Assembly (NCBI GenBank): GCA_942490925.1
Contig: CALNYX010000017.1
Location: 888,143 to 952,142, forward strand
Length of the DNA stretch: 64,000 bases
Reading direction: 5' to 3'
Source: an uncultured Chlamydiaceae bacterium
Lineage (GTDB): Bacteria > Chlamydiota > Chlamydiia > Chlamydiales > JAAKFR01
Positions 30,395-39,072 of this stretch are shown here, one piece after another. A program made the position numbers and the translations under genes. How positions within the stretch are numbered: the stretch's first letter is position 1; each line of letters opens with the position of its first letter. Below the pieces are notes generated by a model. It was given only the letters and a program-made list of their open reading frames with translations. It had not been told where the DNA came from and searched no databases.

Positions 30395-31010
30395 CGACTT
30401 TTTCCTTCAGCTTACGCTGCTCAATTTTGGTTTTAGCCACCTTTGCCTGACCCACAGCTGCTAACTCCTGGTCTCCCAAAAAGACCTTGATTCTTTTGAT
30501 GTTGTGTTGAGAACGAGGAATCAAATTCTTTTCAAAAAGATTCACTCGAATCGACACCTCTCGCAGCTCTTTTTCCAAAGCTTCTAGCTTCTCTTCAGCA
30601 ACCATCACCTCCGCTCTAGCCTTCACCATTGCGCGGAGATGGAGCACAGCACCATCTAGCCACGCCGGTGTGCTGAAAAGAGGGTACTCAAACGGCTTGA
30701 AACTCACCCCTTCAAAAATTGGGACATCAACCCCTGCAATATTTTCATACCGCTTATCAATACTCTTGACCTCTGCAGCCTGCTGCAAACTCAAACCGAT
30801 CTTTTCACTGAGCAGGCTCCCTTCAGAAGAGACTGTCAGCCGCTTTTCATGAAACCCATCCTCAAGATCTGTAATCTCACCACGCACATCATTGACTTCA
30901 CTTTGCAACATCGCTTTTTTGAGCTGCAAAGTGGGCAAATACTTCTCCAACTGGGCGAGCTTCACCTGTTGGGAGCGCAATTCATTTTTAGTGAGTTTGA
31001 CTTCTGCCAC
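30384..31010 (-). CDS. atpD: V-type ATP synthase subunit D
   Basis: The LTKNEL...KLAQLEKYLPTLQLKKAML start and long helical body are typical of V/A-type subunit D. Confidence 0.9.
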   Translation of the reverse strand: MAEVKLTKNELRSQQVKLAQLEKYLPTLQLKKAMLQSEVNDVRGEITDLEDGFHEKRLTVSSEGSLLSEKIGLSLQQAAEVKSIDKRYENIAGVDVPIFEGVSFKPFEYPLFSTPAWLDGAVLHLRAMVKARAEVMVAEEKLEALEKELREVSIRVNLFEKNLIPRSQHNIKRIKVFLGDQELAAVGQAKVAKTKIEQRKLKEKVDAC

Positions 31011-31012
31011 AC

Positions 31013-32311
31013 CTACCCTGGCCAGTATTTTTCAACAAGTTTCTGCTTGATTCCCACTTCATGCCTCTGGAAGCACTCAGCAAGAATCTTCCAACCTAAA
31101 TCAAGCGCCTCTTCAAGAGAAATATTCACCTCAAGATCCATCATCTGCTTTTCAAATAGCTTTGAATAGGCCAATAGTTTTTCATCCCAACGCGACAATT
31201 TGAAACCCATTGACTCACGCTCTTTTGCTTTTTTAGAATCGGCATAGAGACGAATCATACCATTGGCCAAATCTCCATGATCATCGCGTGTCACCTTTCC
31301 AATGACAAGCTGTTTCAAACGGGAGAGTGAACCAAATGGATCTATTGAACCATCATGCAAATAAAACTGGCCCTCAGTGATATATCCCGTATTATCGGGC
31401 ACTGGGTGCGTCACATCGTCACCTGGCATTGTTGTTACGCTGATCACGGTGATTGAGCCACTTCCATCGATATCGACTGCTTTTTCATAACGTGAAGCCA
31501 AATCAGAGTAGATAGATCCTGGATAGCCTCGATTTGAGGGAACCTGATCCATTGTGATCGAAATCTCTTTGATTGCATCAGCAAACGCAGTCATATCAGT
31601 GAGCAGTACAAGTACATTTTTTCCACTTGTTGCAAACTTTTCAGCGCAGGCCAATGCCATATCAGGAGCGAGCATACATTCTACTGCAGGATCGACGGCG
31701 CGATGAACAAACATCACTGTACGTTCTGCAGAGCCCGCATTTTCAGCGTTGTCGATAAAGGCTTGGTAGTCGGCAAAGGTAAGTCCCATTCCGCCAATCA
31801 TCACGACATCAGCATCCGTTTGATTGGCGATCCGCATTAAAAGGGCATTGTAAGGCTCTCCTGCGACCGAAAAGATTGGAATTTTCTGAGACTTCACAAG
31901 ACAGTTAAACATGTCAATCATCGGAATGTTGGTACGCACCATTTCACGAGGAATGATCCGTTTAACTGGATTGAAAGATGTTTGCCCAATCTCTACCTGC
32001 TCTCCAAAAATTTCTGGGCCATTATCGATCGGTTCGCCTGCCCCATTGAGGCGACGTCCTAACAGACCTTCTCCATAAGTCGCCTCCATTTGACGGCCGA
32101 GGAAAATCACTTTGTCTCCCGTCGAAATTCCGCGCGTACCACCAAAGACCTGAAGCGTTGCTTGATCCTGTTCAAAACGGAGCACCGAAGCATACGTAGA
32201 CTGGCCATCTTTTTTCTCAATGCGTGCCAAATCACCCAGCTTTGCTTTTTCAGCCGTCACCGTGATCAAATTTCCTCGCATATCATTGATTCGATCGTGT
32301 ATTTTTTTCAT
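31013..32311 (-). CDS. atpB: V-type ATP synthase subunit B
   Basis: Non-catalytic B-subunit blocks: [47 protein letters not shown]. Confidence 0.95.
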   Translation of the reverse strand: MKKIHDRINDMRGNLITVTAEKAKLGDLARIEKKDGQSTYASVLRFEQDQATLQVFGGTRGISTGDKVIFLGRQMEATYGEGLLGRRLNGAGEPIDNGPEIFGEQVEIGQTSFNPVKRIIPREMVRTNIPMIDMFNCLVKSQKIPIFSVAGEPYNALLMRIANQTDADVVMIGGMGLTFADYQAFIDNAENAGSAERTVMFVHRAVDPAVECMLAPDMALACAEKFATSGKNVLVLLTDMTAFADAIKEISITMDQVPSNRGYPGSIYSDLASRYEKAVDIDGSGSITVISVTTMPGDDVTHPVPDNTGYITEGQFYLHDGSIDPFGSLSRLKQLVIGKVTRDDHGDLANGMIRLYADSKKAKERESMGFKLSRWDEKLLAYSKLFEKQMMDLEVNISLEEALDLGWKILAECFQRHEVGIKQKLVEKYWPG

Positions 32312-34062
32312 ACCTTCGCACTGTTAATCATTTCCTGAATCTCAGCTAAAATGTGCTGAAACTCCTCACTTTTAAACTCGACAGAGTTCATCGATTTGAT
32401 CTTCCCTTGCAACGTCAAGAAAAACTCCCGCGCTTTATCGCGAGAAGGAAACTCAAACTGCGTGTCAAAAATCAAATTGATCAACTCAAAAAGCGGGATT
32501 TGCCGCTCTAGTGGACAGTAGGCATCGATTGGATCAAACGCATTTTGCTGCAAATAGCAAAAATCATAGAGCTCAGCTTTCAAATGAACAAGAATGTCAT
32601 CCATTGAAGTTCCCTCTTCTCCAACAACCTCCATCCGCTTCCCAATTTCATCCCCCTCTTTCAAGAAACGCGCCGCTTGTGTCACCATCTCTCCCCATCC
32701 TGCGACATCCTTCTCAAGTTGCTTTGCCACAACTCCAACATATTTTGACCATGAGATTAACGGATCAACAGCAGGGTAGCGCCTTGCATCAGAGCGGCTA
32801 CGCGATAGGCCACAAAAGGCCCCAACAACAGAGAGTGTCGCCTGAGTAACAGGCTCTTCAAAGTTTCCTCCTGCGGGAGAAACAGCTCCGCAAATGGTGA
32901 CCGTTCCCTGTTTATCCCCTTTCAAGGAGACCACGCCCCCACGTTCATAAAAGGCTGCAATGCGTGAGGCCAAATAGGCTGGAAACGCCTCTTCACCCGG
33001 AATCTCTTCCAACCGACCAGACATCTCACGAAGAGCTTGCGCCCATCTTGAGGTTGAGTCTGCTAAGAGCAAGACATCAAGCCCCATCTGGCGGTAATAC
33101 TCTGCAATTGTCATTCCCATATAAATGGACGATTCACGTGCCGCAACAGGCATCGAAGATGTATTACAAATGATACACGTACGCGTCATCAATGGTTCGT
33201 TTGTATGCGGATCGATCAATTCAGGAAACTCTCGCAATACCTCAACAACCTCACCAGCACGCTCTCCACAAGCACAGAGCACGACTAAATCGACAGAAGA
33301 ATATTTTGAAAGATGGTGTTGCAACACTGTTTTTCCAGCTCCAAATGGCCCAGGAGTACAGAAAGTTCCTCCTTTCAAAATAGGCATCTGTGTATCCAAA
33401 ATGCGTGACCCCGTGTCCATCATCTTAGTTGGCTTCACCTTTTCTCCCTGAAAAAGCGGTATTTTAATCGGCCATTTTTGCACCATCGTAAAGGAGAGCT
33501 CTTCGCCCTTCTCATCTTTACCACGTGCAACCACCGTATCAATCGTGTACTTCCCTGGAGAAATCACCCAAGTAAGCGTCACTTTTCCAAAAAACGCGAA
33601 TGGGACCATAATCTGATGTTCAAAACGTCCTTCCAAAGTCGTCCCAAGCGTCTCTCCCCTTTCCAGACAATCCCCAATTTTTGCAACTGGCACATAATCC
33701 CACTCAGCCTTGCGATCGAGAGGCTCTACATAAATTCCCCTAGGAAGAAAATAACCCGTTTTCTCTGCAATTGCTTCTAAACGGTTTTGCAATCCATCAA
33801 AAATCGAGCGTAGAAGCCCTGGTCCAAGTTCAGCTTCAAGCAAATCTCCAGTAAACCGCACAGGCGTGCCTAGCTGAACACCGCGAGTATCTTCAAAAAC
33901 CTGAAGCTTCACTTCATTACCAACGACCTCAAGCACCTCTCCTTTCAAACCTATTTGATCGACCTCAACATAAGCCACTTCCCCTTGGCGTACCTCTCCT
34001 TCAAATTTCACTTGAAGCAGATTTCCAAATCCCTTCACGACCGTTCCAGTAGCTAGTGTCAT
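32308..34062 (-). CDS. atpA: V-type ATP synthase subunit A (catalytic)
   Basis: Walker [10 protein letters not shown], followed by [15 protein letters not shown] and [22 protein letters not shown]. Confidence 0.95.
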   Translation of the reverse strand: MTLATGTVVKGFGNLLQVKFEGEVRQGEVAYVEVDQIGLKGEVLEVVGNEVKLQVFEDTRGVQLGTPVRFTGDLLEAELGPGLLRSIFDGLQNRLEAIAEKTGYFLPRGIYVEPLDRKAEWDYVPVAKIGDCLERGETLGTTLEGRFEHQIMVPFAFFGKVTLTWVISPGKYTIDTVVARGKDEKGEELSFTMVQKWPIKIPLFQGEKVKPTKMMDTGSRILDTQMPILKGGTFCTPGPFGAGKTVLQHHLSKYSSVDLVVLCACGERAGEVVEVLREFPELIDPHTNEPLMTRTCIICNTSSMPVAARESSIYMGMTIAEYYRQMGLDVLLLADSTSRWAQALREMSGRLEEIPGEEAFPAYLASRIAAFYERGGVVSLKGDKQGTVTICGAVSPAGGNFEEPVTQATLSVVGAFCGLSRSRSDARRYPAVDPLISWSKYVGVVAKQLEKDVAGWGEMVTQAARFLKEGDEIGKRMEVVGEEGTSMDDILVHLKAELYDFCYLQQNAFDPIDAYCPLERQIPLFELINLIFDTQFEFPSRDKAREFFLTLQGKIKSMNSVEFKSEEFQHILAEIQEMINSAKV

Positions 34063-34853
34063 GTCACTTTCCTTTCTATTTCATCGATCACTTCAATTCC
34101 CTTCTGCATATCAAGCTCCAGCCATCTCTCTACAATAATCAAGCGCGCCATATAATTTAAGATCCGATTGATTGTGAAGAGTTCTCCTCCCCAAAGCTCA
34201 ATCATATGATTAAATTGATACTCATAAAGCGCTTTGTGCAATTCTAGCGGATTTTCTTGATGATGTTCGAAAACAGGCTTCAAATCCTTATAATCAAAGG
34301 GCGGTTCATACCCCTTCGCATCTTTTTGCGCAAGCAATTGAGCAATAAAAGGATCCGTTTCATCCTCATACTGTAATTCAACTGCAATATCCTTCTCCAA
34401 CAACTTAGCTCGAAACCCAAGTAAAACAAGCCTCCACTCTTTTTGAAAATGGAAATAGCTGCGTAGAAAACCCTTATGCTCCTCTGCTGCATGATCATAA
34501 AAATCACTCAGCAGAAATGAAAAGTTTGCTAGCCTATCTTCATTCGAGTGATGCTTATTGAGAAAATCGACTAAAAACGGAGGAAATTCCTCATCTCCAG
34601 GCCAGGAATAGTCAAGCAGCGCCTGTTCAATCTCCTCAGCATTCAGGTTACCTCGAGGATCCAAAGGCTCTACAGCCCAGAAGCTTCGGATATTTTCAAA
34701 GTCTATCTGTCTGAAAAAAGCCTCTACACTCTTTAAATCATCATCGCTGAGGTTAACCTTAAGCAACTCTTTGAGTTCCACATAACCCAAAGCCGGCACA
34801 TGTCCAATTTCGAGAGGAGGGAGCAAACTTGCTAAAAAAAAATACTCATTCAT
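34059..34853 (-). CDS. DUF2764-like protein (V-ATPase operon member, possible subunit C/d analogue)
   Basis: It lies between atpE and atpA with 4-nt overlaps on both sides. The YFFLASLLPPLE start matches the family I recall at this position in chlamydial V-ATPase operons. Confidence 0.7.
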   Translation of the reverse strand: MNEYFFLASLLPPLEIGHVPALGYVELKELLKVNLSDDDLKSVEAFFRQIDFENIRSFWAVEPLDPRGNLNAEEIEQALLDYSWPGDEEFPPFLVDFLNKHHSNEDRLANFSFLLSDFYDHAAEEHKGFLRSYFHFQKEWRLVLLGFRAKLLEKDIAVELQYEDETDPFIAQLLAQKDAKGYEPPFDYKDLKPVFEHHQENPLELHKALYEYQFNHMIELWGGELFTINRILNYMARLIIVERWLELDMQKGIEVIDEIERKVT

Positions 34854-35476
34854 GTTTGAAATAGAATCTCACGAAAATCTTTACGGATATACCGACCAAG
34901 CAGCTCTTTGAGCGCTTCATCACTCAAATCAAGCGTAAGCTTGCGATCCAATAACTTAAGCTGGACTCCGCCAGCAAACTCACCTATCTCTACACTCTGC
35001 CCCTTTAACTTCTGCACAATTTCTTTAGCTAACAGCGCATTCACCTGCTCGACTGTCACTGTTTTTGCAACAACAGCTGAAAAGTCTGCGCTAGTTCCTT
35101 CTTTTTCAATAGCTTGCGCCAAAGCTGTAATCAGATTTGCGCTAACTTTTGGATCAACCGTCTCCTTTTCAATCCAATCCATTAGACTGCTGTTAAGGAG
35201 TTTGTTCTCTATATCTTGCCTCAACGATTCAAGGATCTGCTGACATGCTTGAACCAACGTACTGTTGAACAATTTTTTTTCATCTTCAATCTTTTTACGC
35301 GCCCCATTGATGAGTTGCTGCGCTTTTTCTTCAGCTTCGCGCAAAAGGCGTTGACTCTTTTCTTGCGCCTGTTCAAGAATTGCAGCTGCTTCATGCTTAG
35401 CAGGTTCAATAGTTTCTGTTTTCAGAATCTCACATATTTTTTTGATTTTGTCTTTGCCTGTATCGACTGAATCCAT
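34850..35476 (-). CDS. atpE: V-type ATP synthase subunit E
   Basis: First gene of the operon. It has a long N-terminal charged helix (AAAILEQAQEKSQRLLREAEEKAQQLI) and a globular C-terminal domain. Confidence 0.8.
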   Translation of the reverse strand: MDSVDTGKDKIKKICEILKTETIEPAKHEAAAILEQAQEKSQRLLREAEEKAQQLINGARKKIEDEKKLFNSTLVQACQQILESLRQDIENKLLNSSLMDWIEKETVDPKVSANLITALAQAIEKEGTSADFSAVVAKTVTVEQVNALLAKEIVQKLKGQSVEIGEFAGGVQLKLLDRKLTLDLSDEALKELLGRYIRKDFREILFQT

Positions 35477-35554
35477 TATGGTGAACCTCTTTGTACGTTA
35501 GAGCAACAGGGTGTCAGAGAAATCTAAAAAATTCAAGGGATTTTCGAGGTCACG

Positions 35555-36022
35555 ATGCGTTTCATTTTTACACTACTTTTTTTCTCTTCAGTTGGATTTG
35601 CCAATTTTACGTTTATTCCACCAAAGGGTTGGGATTGCGTTCAAGATCGCGATCAGCTCCCAAAAAAAGTTCAAGTTGTTTATATTGGGACAGGTAACGC
35701 CAATTTCATGCCCTCGCTTAACCTTGCCGAAGAGCCTGTTACGATATCATTGCGCGAGTATGTCTCCGCCGCCAAAACCTACCATGAAGCCGAACCCGAG
35801 ACGGCTTGCCGCGAACTTGGCACAATCAAAACAAAGGCAGGCAATGCACACGTTCTACAAATCGATCGAAAGACAGGTTGGGGCGATGTACGGTTCATTC
35901 AAGCAACATTGATAGTCAACAACATAGCTTATGTAATTACAGGCACCTGTTTAAGAGATGAGTTCGGCACATTTTGCCCTGCTTTCTTCGAAGCGATACA
36001 AACGTTTGATGTTGAGAGATGA
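35555..36022 (+). CDS. secreted hypothetical protein (possibly PsbP/DcrB-like fold)
   Basis: Signal peptide MRFIFTLLFFSSVGFA, then F.PPKGW..V, reminiscent of DUF1795/PsbP-type proteins (weak). GAGG lies 5 nt upstream of the ATG. Confidence 0.5.
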   Translation: MRFIFTLLFFSSVGFANFTFIPPKGWDCVQDRDQLPKKVQVVYIGTGNANFMPSLNLAEEPVTISLREYVSAAKTYHEAEPETACRELGTIKTKAGNAHVLQIDRKTGWGDVRFIQATLIVNNIAYVITGTCLRDEFGTFCPAFFEAIQTFDVER

Positions 36023-36101
36023 AAAAAGTTTGTACAGGAAATATAAATTTTACTAGAATGACACTTAAGCATAAAAAACATATGCAACCACGGAGAGACC
36101 A

Positions 36102-36389
36102 ATGAAAAAAGCAATCTCATGTTTATCGATCTTAGCACTGCTTGCTGGACCATTCGCTAACTTTGCATTTGCGGATGAAGTAGAAGTTTCTGAAACTGTA
36201 GAAGCGCCTACATACGTCACACTTCCAACAGACAACGCACTTGCTGCAAATGATAACTACTATAGCAGCCCAGCTTACGAAAGTGGCACATTTATGGGTA
36301 TGAACTGGATTAAATGGGGCCTATTGTTAGGTGCTATTGGTGGTGCAACAGCAATTGCTGTGACGCACAACACAAGCAACTCCCATTAA
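36102..36389 (+). CDS. small tail-anchored secreted/membrane protein (95 aa)
   Basis: Signal peptide (MKKAISCLSILALLAGPFANFAFA), an acidic middle, a C-terminal TM segment (WGLLLGAIGGATAIAV) and a short polar tail ending NTSNSH. GGAGAG lies about 6 nt upstream of the ATG. Confidence 0.5.
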   Translation: MKKAISCLSILALLAGPFANFAFADEVEVSETVEAPTYVTLPTDNALAANDNYYSSPAYESGTFMGMNWIKWGLLLGAIGGATAIAVTHNTSNSH

Positions 36390-36425
36390 TCTAATTGAGG
36401 CACCGAGAGTTATCGAGGAATTGAG

Positions 36426-36908
36426 ATGAAGAAAGTTATTGCGTTGTTGTCTATGCTCTTAATGTGCAGCAACAGCCTGTGTGCCGCTAGTGACACTTTT
36501 ATAGACTACCAAAACTACAATCATGGTTACTGCCCTGATTGTAGTTGCTATCCGTGTCGTTGCGACTCACATCCTTGTTCAGATCCAAACCCATGCTCTC
36601 AGTGCCCTAATGGTTCTTGCCCCCAAAACACAGACGGCCCCTATCCGATGCAACCACCTCCATGTCCTCCAGGGGCATCATGTGGAAGTTGCAACGAGTC
36701 GTCCCCTTGTGGCCAGCCTGCTTGTAGCTCTTGTCCTACTCCATGTTCACCTTGTAGTTCACCGTGCCAAGATCCTTGTGATCCTTGCGCTCCAGTTTGT
36801 GGTACAGATTGCGGAATATCAGTTTGTGCGATTGGAGTTGCAGTTGCTGCAGTTGCAGCGGCAGCAGCCATTATCATTGCCTCTTCTAATGGATCTGCTT
36901 CTCACTAA
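36426..36908 (+). CDS. Cys/Pro-rich tail-anchored protein (160 aa)
   Basis: Signal peptide (MKKVIALLSMLLMCSNSLCA). The ectodomain of about 100 aa has about 23 of the protein's about 25 Cys (two more lie in the signal peptide) and about 23 Pro, with recurrent x-P-C units. A C-terminal TM segment (VCAIGVAVAAVAAAAAIIIA) is followed by the tail SSNGSASH. GAGG lies 7 nt upstream. Confidence 0.6.
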   Translation: MKKVIALLSMLLMCSNSLCAASDTFIDYQNYNHGYCPDCSCYPCRCDSHPCSDPNPCSQCPNGSCPQNTDGPYPMQPPPCPPGASCGSCNESSPCGQPACSSCPTPCSPCSSPCQDPCDPCAPVCGTDCGISVCAIGVAVAAVAAAAAIIIASSNGSASH

Positions 36909-36949
36909 ACATTGCCAAAAATCCACTCTTCAGTAAGAATAGTTCACCT

Positions 36950-37399
36950 ATGATCTATTTACTTATGCTCTTATCCCTATTTTGTAGTTGCAGACACCCC
37001 AATTGCTGGGAGTGTCAGGAGATGACTAAAACGGCTCAAGAGCACCGTTCTGCTCGCGTCACGTTTACCCCTGACAGCACATTTTGTACTCTCCAATTAG
37101 AGTTATTGCAGGGAGAGTTTGGTACTATTGGTTATCTAAATACTGTACGAGGTAATTTGCCACCGACTGACAAAGTCACCATTGCAATTGGTGAAAAGAT
37201 CAGTATTGTGGACGGGATTCGTTTAGAGGGCAATCAAAAGATGCGTCTCCCCGACCAGGCGACAGAGCTGATTATTGATTCGCTTTTAGAAGAGAAGCAA
37301 ATCAAGATTATTCTGCAGAACTACCATGTTCAGGTTGAACCTGATTCCAAGCATCGGCATTTAGTCCATCGCAGCAAGCGCTTCCGCGACATCTTCTAA
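36950..37399 (+). CDS. hypothetical protein (149 aa), possible lipoprotein
   Basis: The hydrophobic N-terminus MIYLLMLLSLFCSC is a weak lipobox. No family recognised. Confidence 0.4.
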   Translation: MIYLLMLLSLFCSCRHPNCWECQEMTKTAQEHRSARVTFTPDSTFCTLQLELLQGEFGTIGYLNTVRGNLPPTDKVTIAIGEKISIVDGIRLEGNQKMRLPDQATELIIDSLLEEKQIKIILQNYHVQVEPDSKHRHLVHRSKRFRDIF

Positions 37400-37594
37400 T
37401 CTAATCAACAAATATGCAAATGTCGATTTGCTGCTTGGAAATCGTCAAGACCTAAGTCGCTAATTTGAAATCGCAACATTTTTTGTTTTTTGTTCCAGTT
37501 GGACGATCTCGAGTGCGGCTAGTATAAGCGATACAGCGAGCGAGAGATCGTTCTAACGGGCAAAAAGGCAAAAAATCCCCCCAAGTCTGTGCTA

Positions 37595-37966
37595 TCAGTG
37601 ACTTGCAAGTGCCTCTGGCACGTCGCGTAGAGGCTCGACTCTGAATGCTATTTGGAACAGCTCGCCCTGGACATTAAGTTCGATGACTGAACTTAAACGA
37701 GTTAATAGAAGATTAAACGGCACCTTCACATGATGTGATCCCACATCAATCGCCACAGCTGTCTTCCCTAAAATCTTATGCGATTCATGAATCTGACGGC
37801 AGAGCGCTTCAAACTGTTGCAGCTGACCGAGCATCTCCTCATCAAATGCATACTTTTGACCACATTCACTGCAGCAAACGGTTTCATGCGTCTTATCAAG
37901 TACCGAGAATAAGATCGGCGATTTACATTTGTGACATTGAAACTGTAGACGATGCCCGACTTCCAT
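37595..37966 (-). CDS. hypothetical zinc-ribbon protein (123 aa)
   Basis: N-terminal CxxC...CxxC pair (CHKCKSP...CCSECGQKY). No family recognised. Confidence 0.45.
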   Translation of the reverse strand: MEVGHRLQFQCHKCKSPILFSVLDKTHETVCCSECGQKYAFDEEMLGQLQQFEALCRQIHESHKILGKTAVAIDVGSHHVKVPFNLLLTRLSSVIELNVQGELFQIAFRVEPLRDVPEALASH

Positions 37967-38098
37967 ATTGCTTTACCTTCTGATTTTCAGGTTAATATAC
38001 GGCAGAATCTCGATCTTTGCAAGCCGCATTGTCAACAAACCTATTAGTATGTTAAAAGTAGAGTAAGTTTAACTTTCATTATTGACAAGGGCATTCTC

Positions 38099-39070
38099 AT
38101 GGCAACAAAACTCGATCTCCTCAAAAAAATGACAACAGTTGTGTGCGATACAGGAGATATTAATAGCATCAAACAGTACTCTCCTCAAGATGCAACGACT
38201 AATCCCTCATTGATTTACCAAGCTGCTTCTGAAGAGGCCTACCAATACCTAATCGATGATGCTATCGACTATGGTGTTAAAAATGGTCATGGTGAAGCAG
38301 AGACTATGCACCTGATCATGGATAAGCTCTTTGTCAACTTTGGAGTCGAGATTCTTAAAATTGTGCCAGGCCGTGTTTCAACAGAAGTTGATGCTCGCCT
38401 CTCATTTGACGTTGCGGGCAGTATGCATAAAGCAAAATCGATCATCACTCTCTATGAAAATGCTGGTATTGATAAAAGCCGAGTACTGATTAAGCTTGCT
38501 TCAACTTGGGAGGGTGTACAGGTTGCCAAAGTACTTGAGAAAGAGGGCATCCATTGCAATATGACACTCATGTTTAGCCTTGCACAAGCCGTTGCTTGCG
38601 CTGAGGTTGGAGCAACACTGATCTCCCCTTTTGTTGGACGTATCTTTGATTGGTATAAAGCTGCTGAGAAAGTTGACAGCTATCCTCCAGAGAAAGATCC
38701 AGGAGTTCTTTCTGTAAAAGCCATTTATAACTACTACAAGAAATTTGGCCATAAGACCCAAATTATGGGCGCCTCATTTCGTAATGTCGGTGAAATCTTG
38801 GAGTTAGCAGGTTGCGATCTACTCACTATAGCTCCTAAATTTCTAGAGACTTTGAGTAAGGAAGAGGGTGATGTACCACAGAAGCTCAATGCTGCGAATG
38901 CTGAGAAAGAGAACATTGAGAAGCTTGAAGTGGATGAAAAGGCTTTCCGCTTCATGTTGAACGATGATGCGATGGCAATTGAAAAGCTTTCTGAAGGAAT
39001 CCGTAAGTTTGCAGCTGATACTGTGAAGCTTGAGCAGCGCATCCTAGAAAAGGTCGCTGCCAAAAAATAG
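38099..39070 (+). CDS. tal: transaldolase
   Basis: [39 protein letters not shown] and ISPFVGRI motifs (the Schiff-base Lys lies in IKLAST). Confidence 0.95.
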   Translation: MATKLDLLKKMTTVVCDTGDINSIKQYSPQDATTNPSLIYQAASEEAYQYLIDDAIDYGVKNGHGEAETMHLIMDKLFVNFGVEILKIVPGRVSTEVDARLSFDVAGSMHKAKSIITLYENAGIDKSRVLIKLASTWEGVQVAKVLEKEGIHCNMTLMFSLAQAVACAEVGATLISPFVGRIFDWYKAAEKVDSYPPEKDPGVLSVKAIYNYYKKFGHKTQIMGASFRNVGEILELAGCDLLTIAPKFLETLSKEEGDVPQKLNAANAEKENIEKLEVDEKAFRFMLNDDAMAIEKLSEGIRKFAADTVKLEQRILEKVAAKK

Positions 39071-39072
39071 CA

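Noticed and set aside
35511-35912. 133-aa ORF overlapping the 35555-36022 gene in another frame.
   Set aside because: The translation is highly basic and irregular. The 155-aa frame has a clean signal peptide, an SD 5 nt upstream and a globular-looking sequence.
36830-36880. GCAGYTGC-type near-tandem repeats (ggagttgcagttgctgcagttgcagcggcagcagcc), considered as a slipped-strand phase-variation tract.
   Set aside because: The units are imperfect and simply encode the Ala/Val-rich TM helix. There is no homopolymer or perfect short tandem repeat that would shift the frame.
36523-36936. 137-aa alternative-frame ORF, plus a 78-aa antisense ORF (36641-36877), inside the Cys/Pro-rich gene.
   Set aside because: They result from the codon-biased, stop-poor composition of this segment. 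Only the 36426-36908 frame has a signal peptide, an SD (GAGG) and a coherent TM tail.
37400-37594. 195-nt convergent intergenic spacer with small inverted repeats (gcaaat-gtcg-atttgc; acgatctc...gagatcgt around a loop of about 35 nt), considered as a possible sRNA or terminator.
   Set aside because: The stems are short (6-8 bp). No GC-rich stem followed by a U-tract is present on either strand, and no promoter-like hexamers were found. The evidence is not enough to call an RNA gene.
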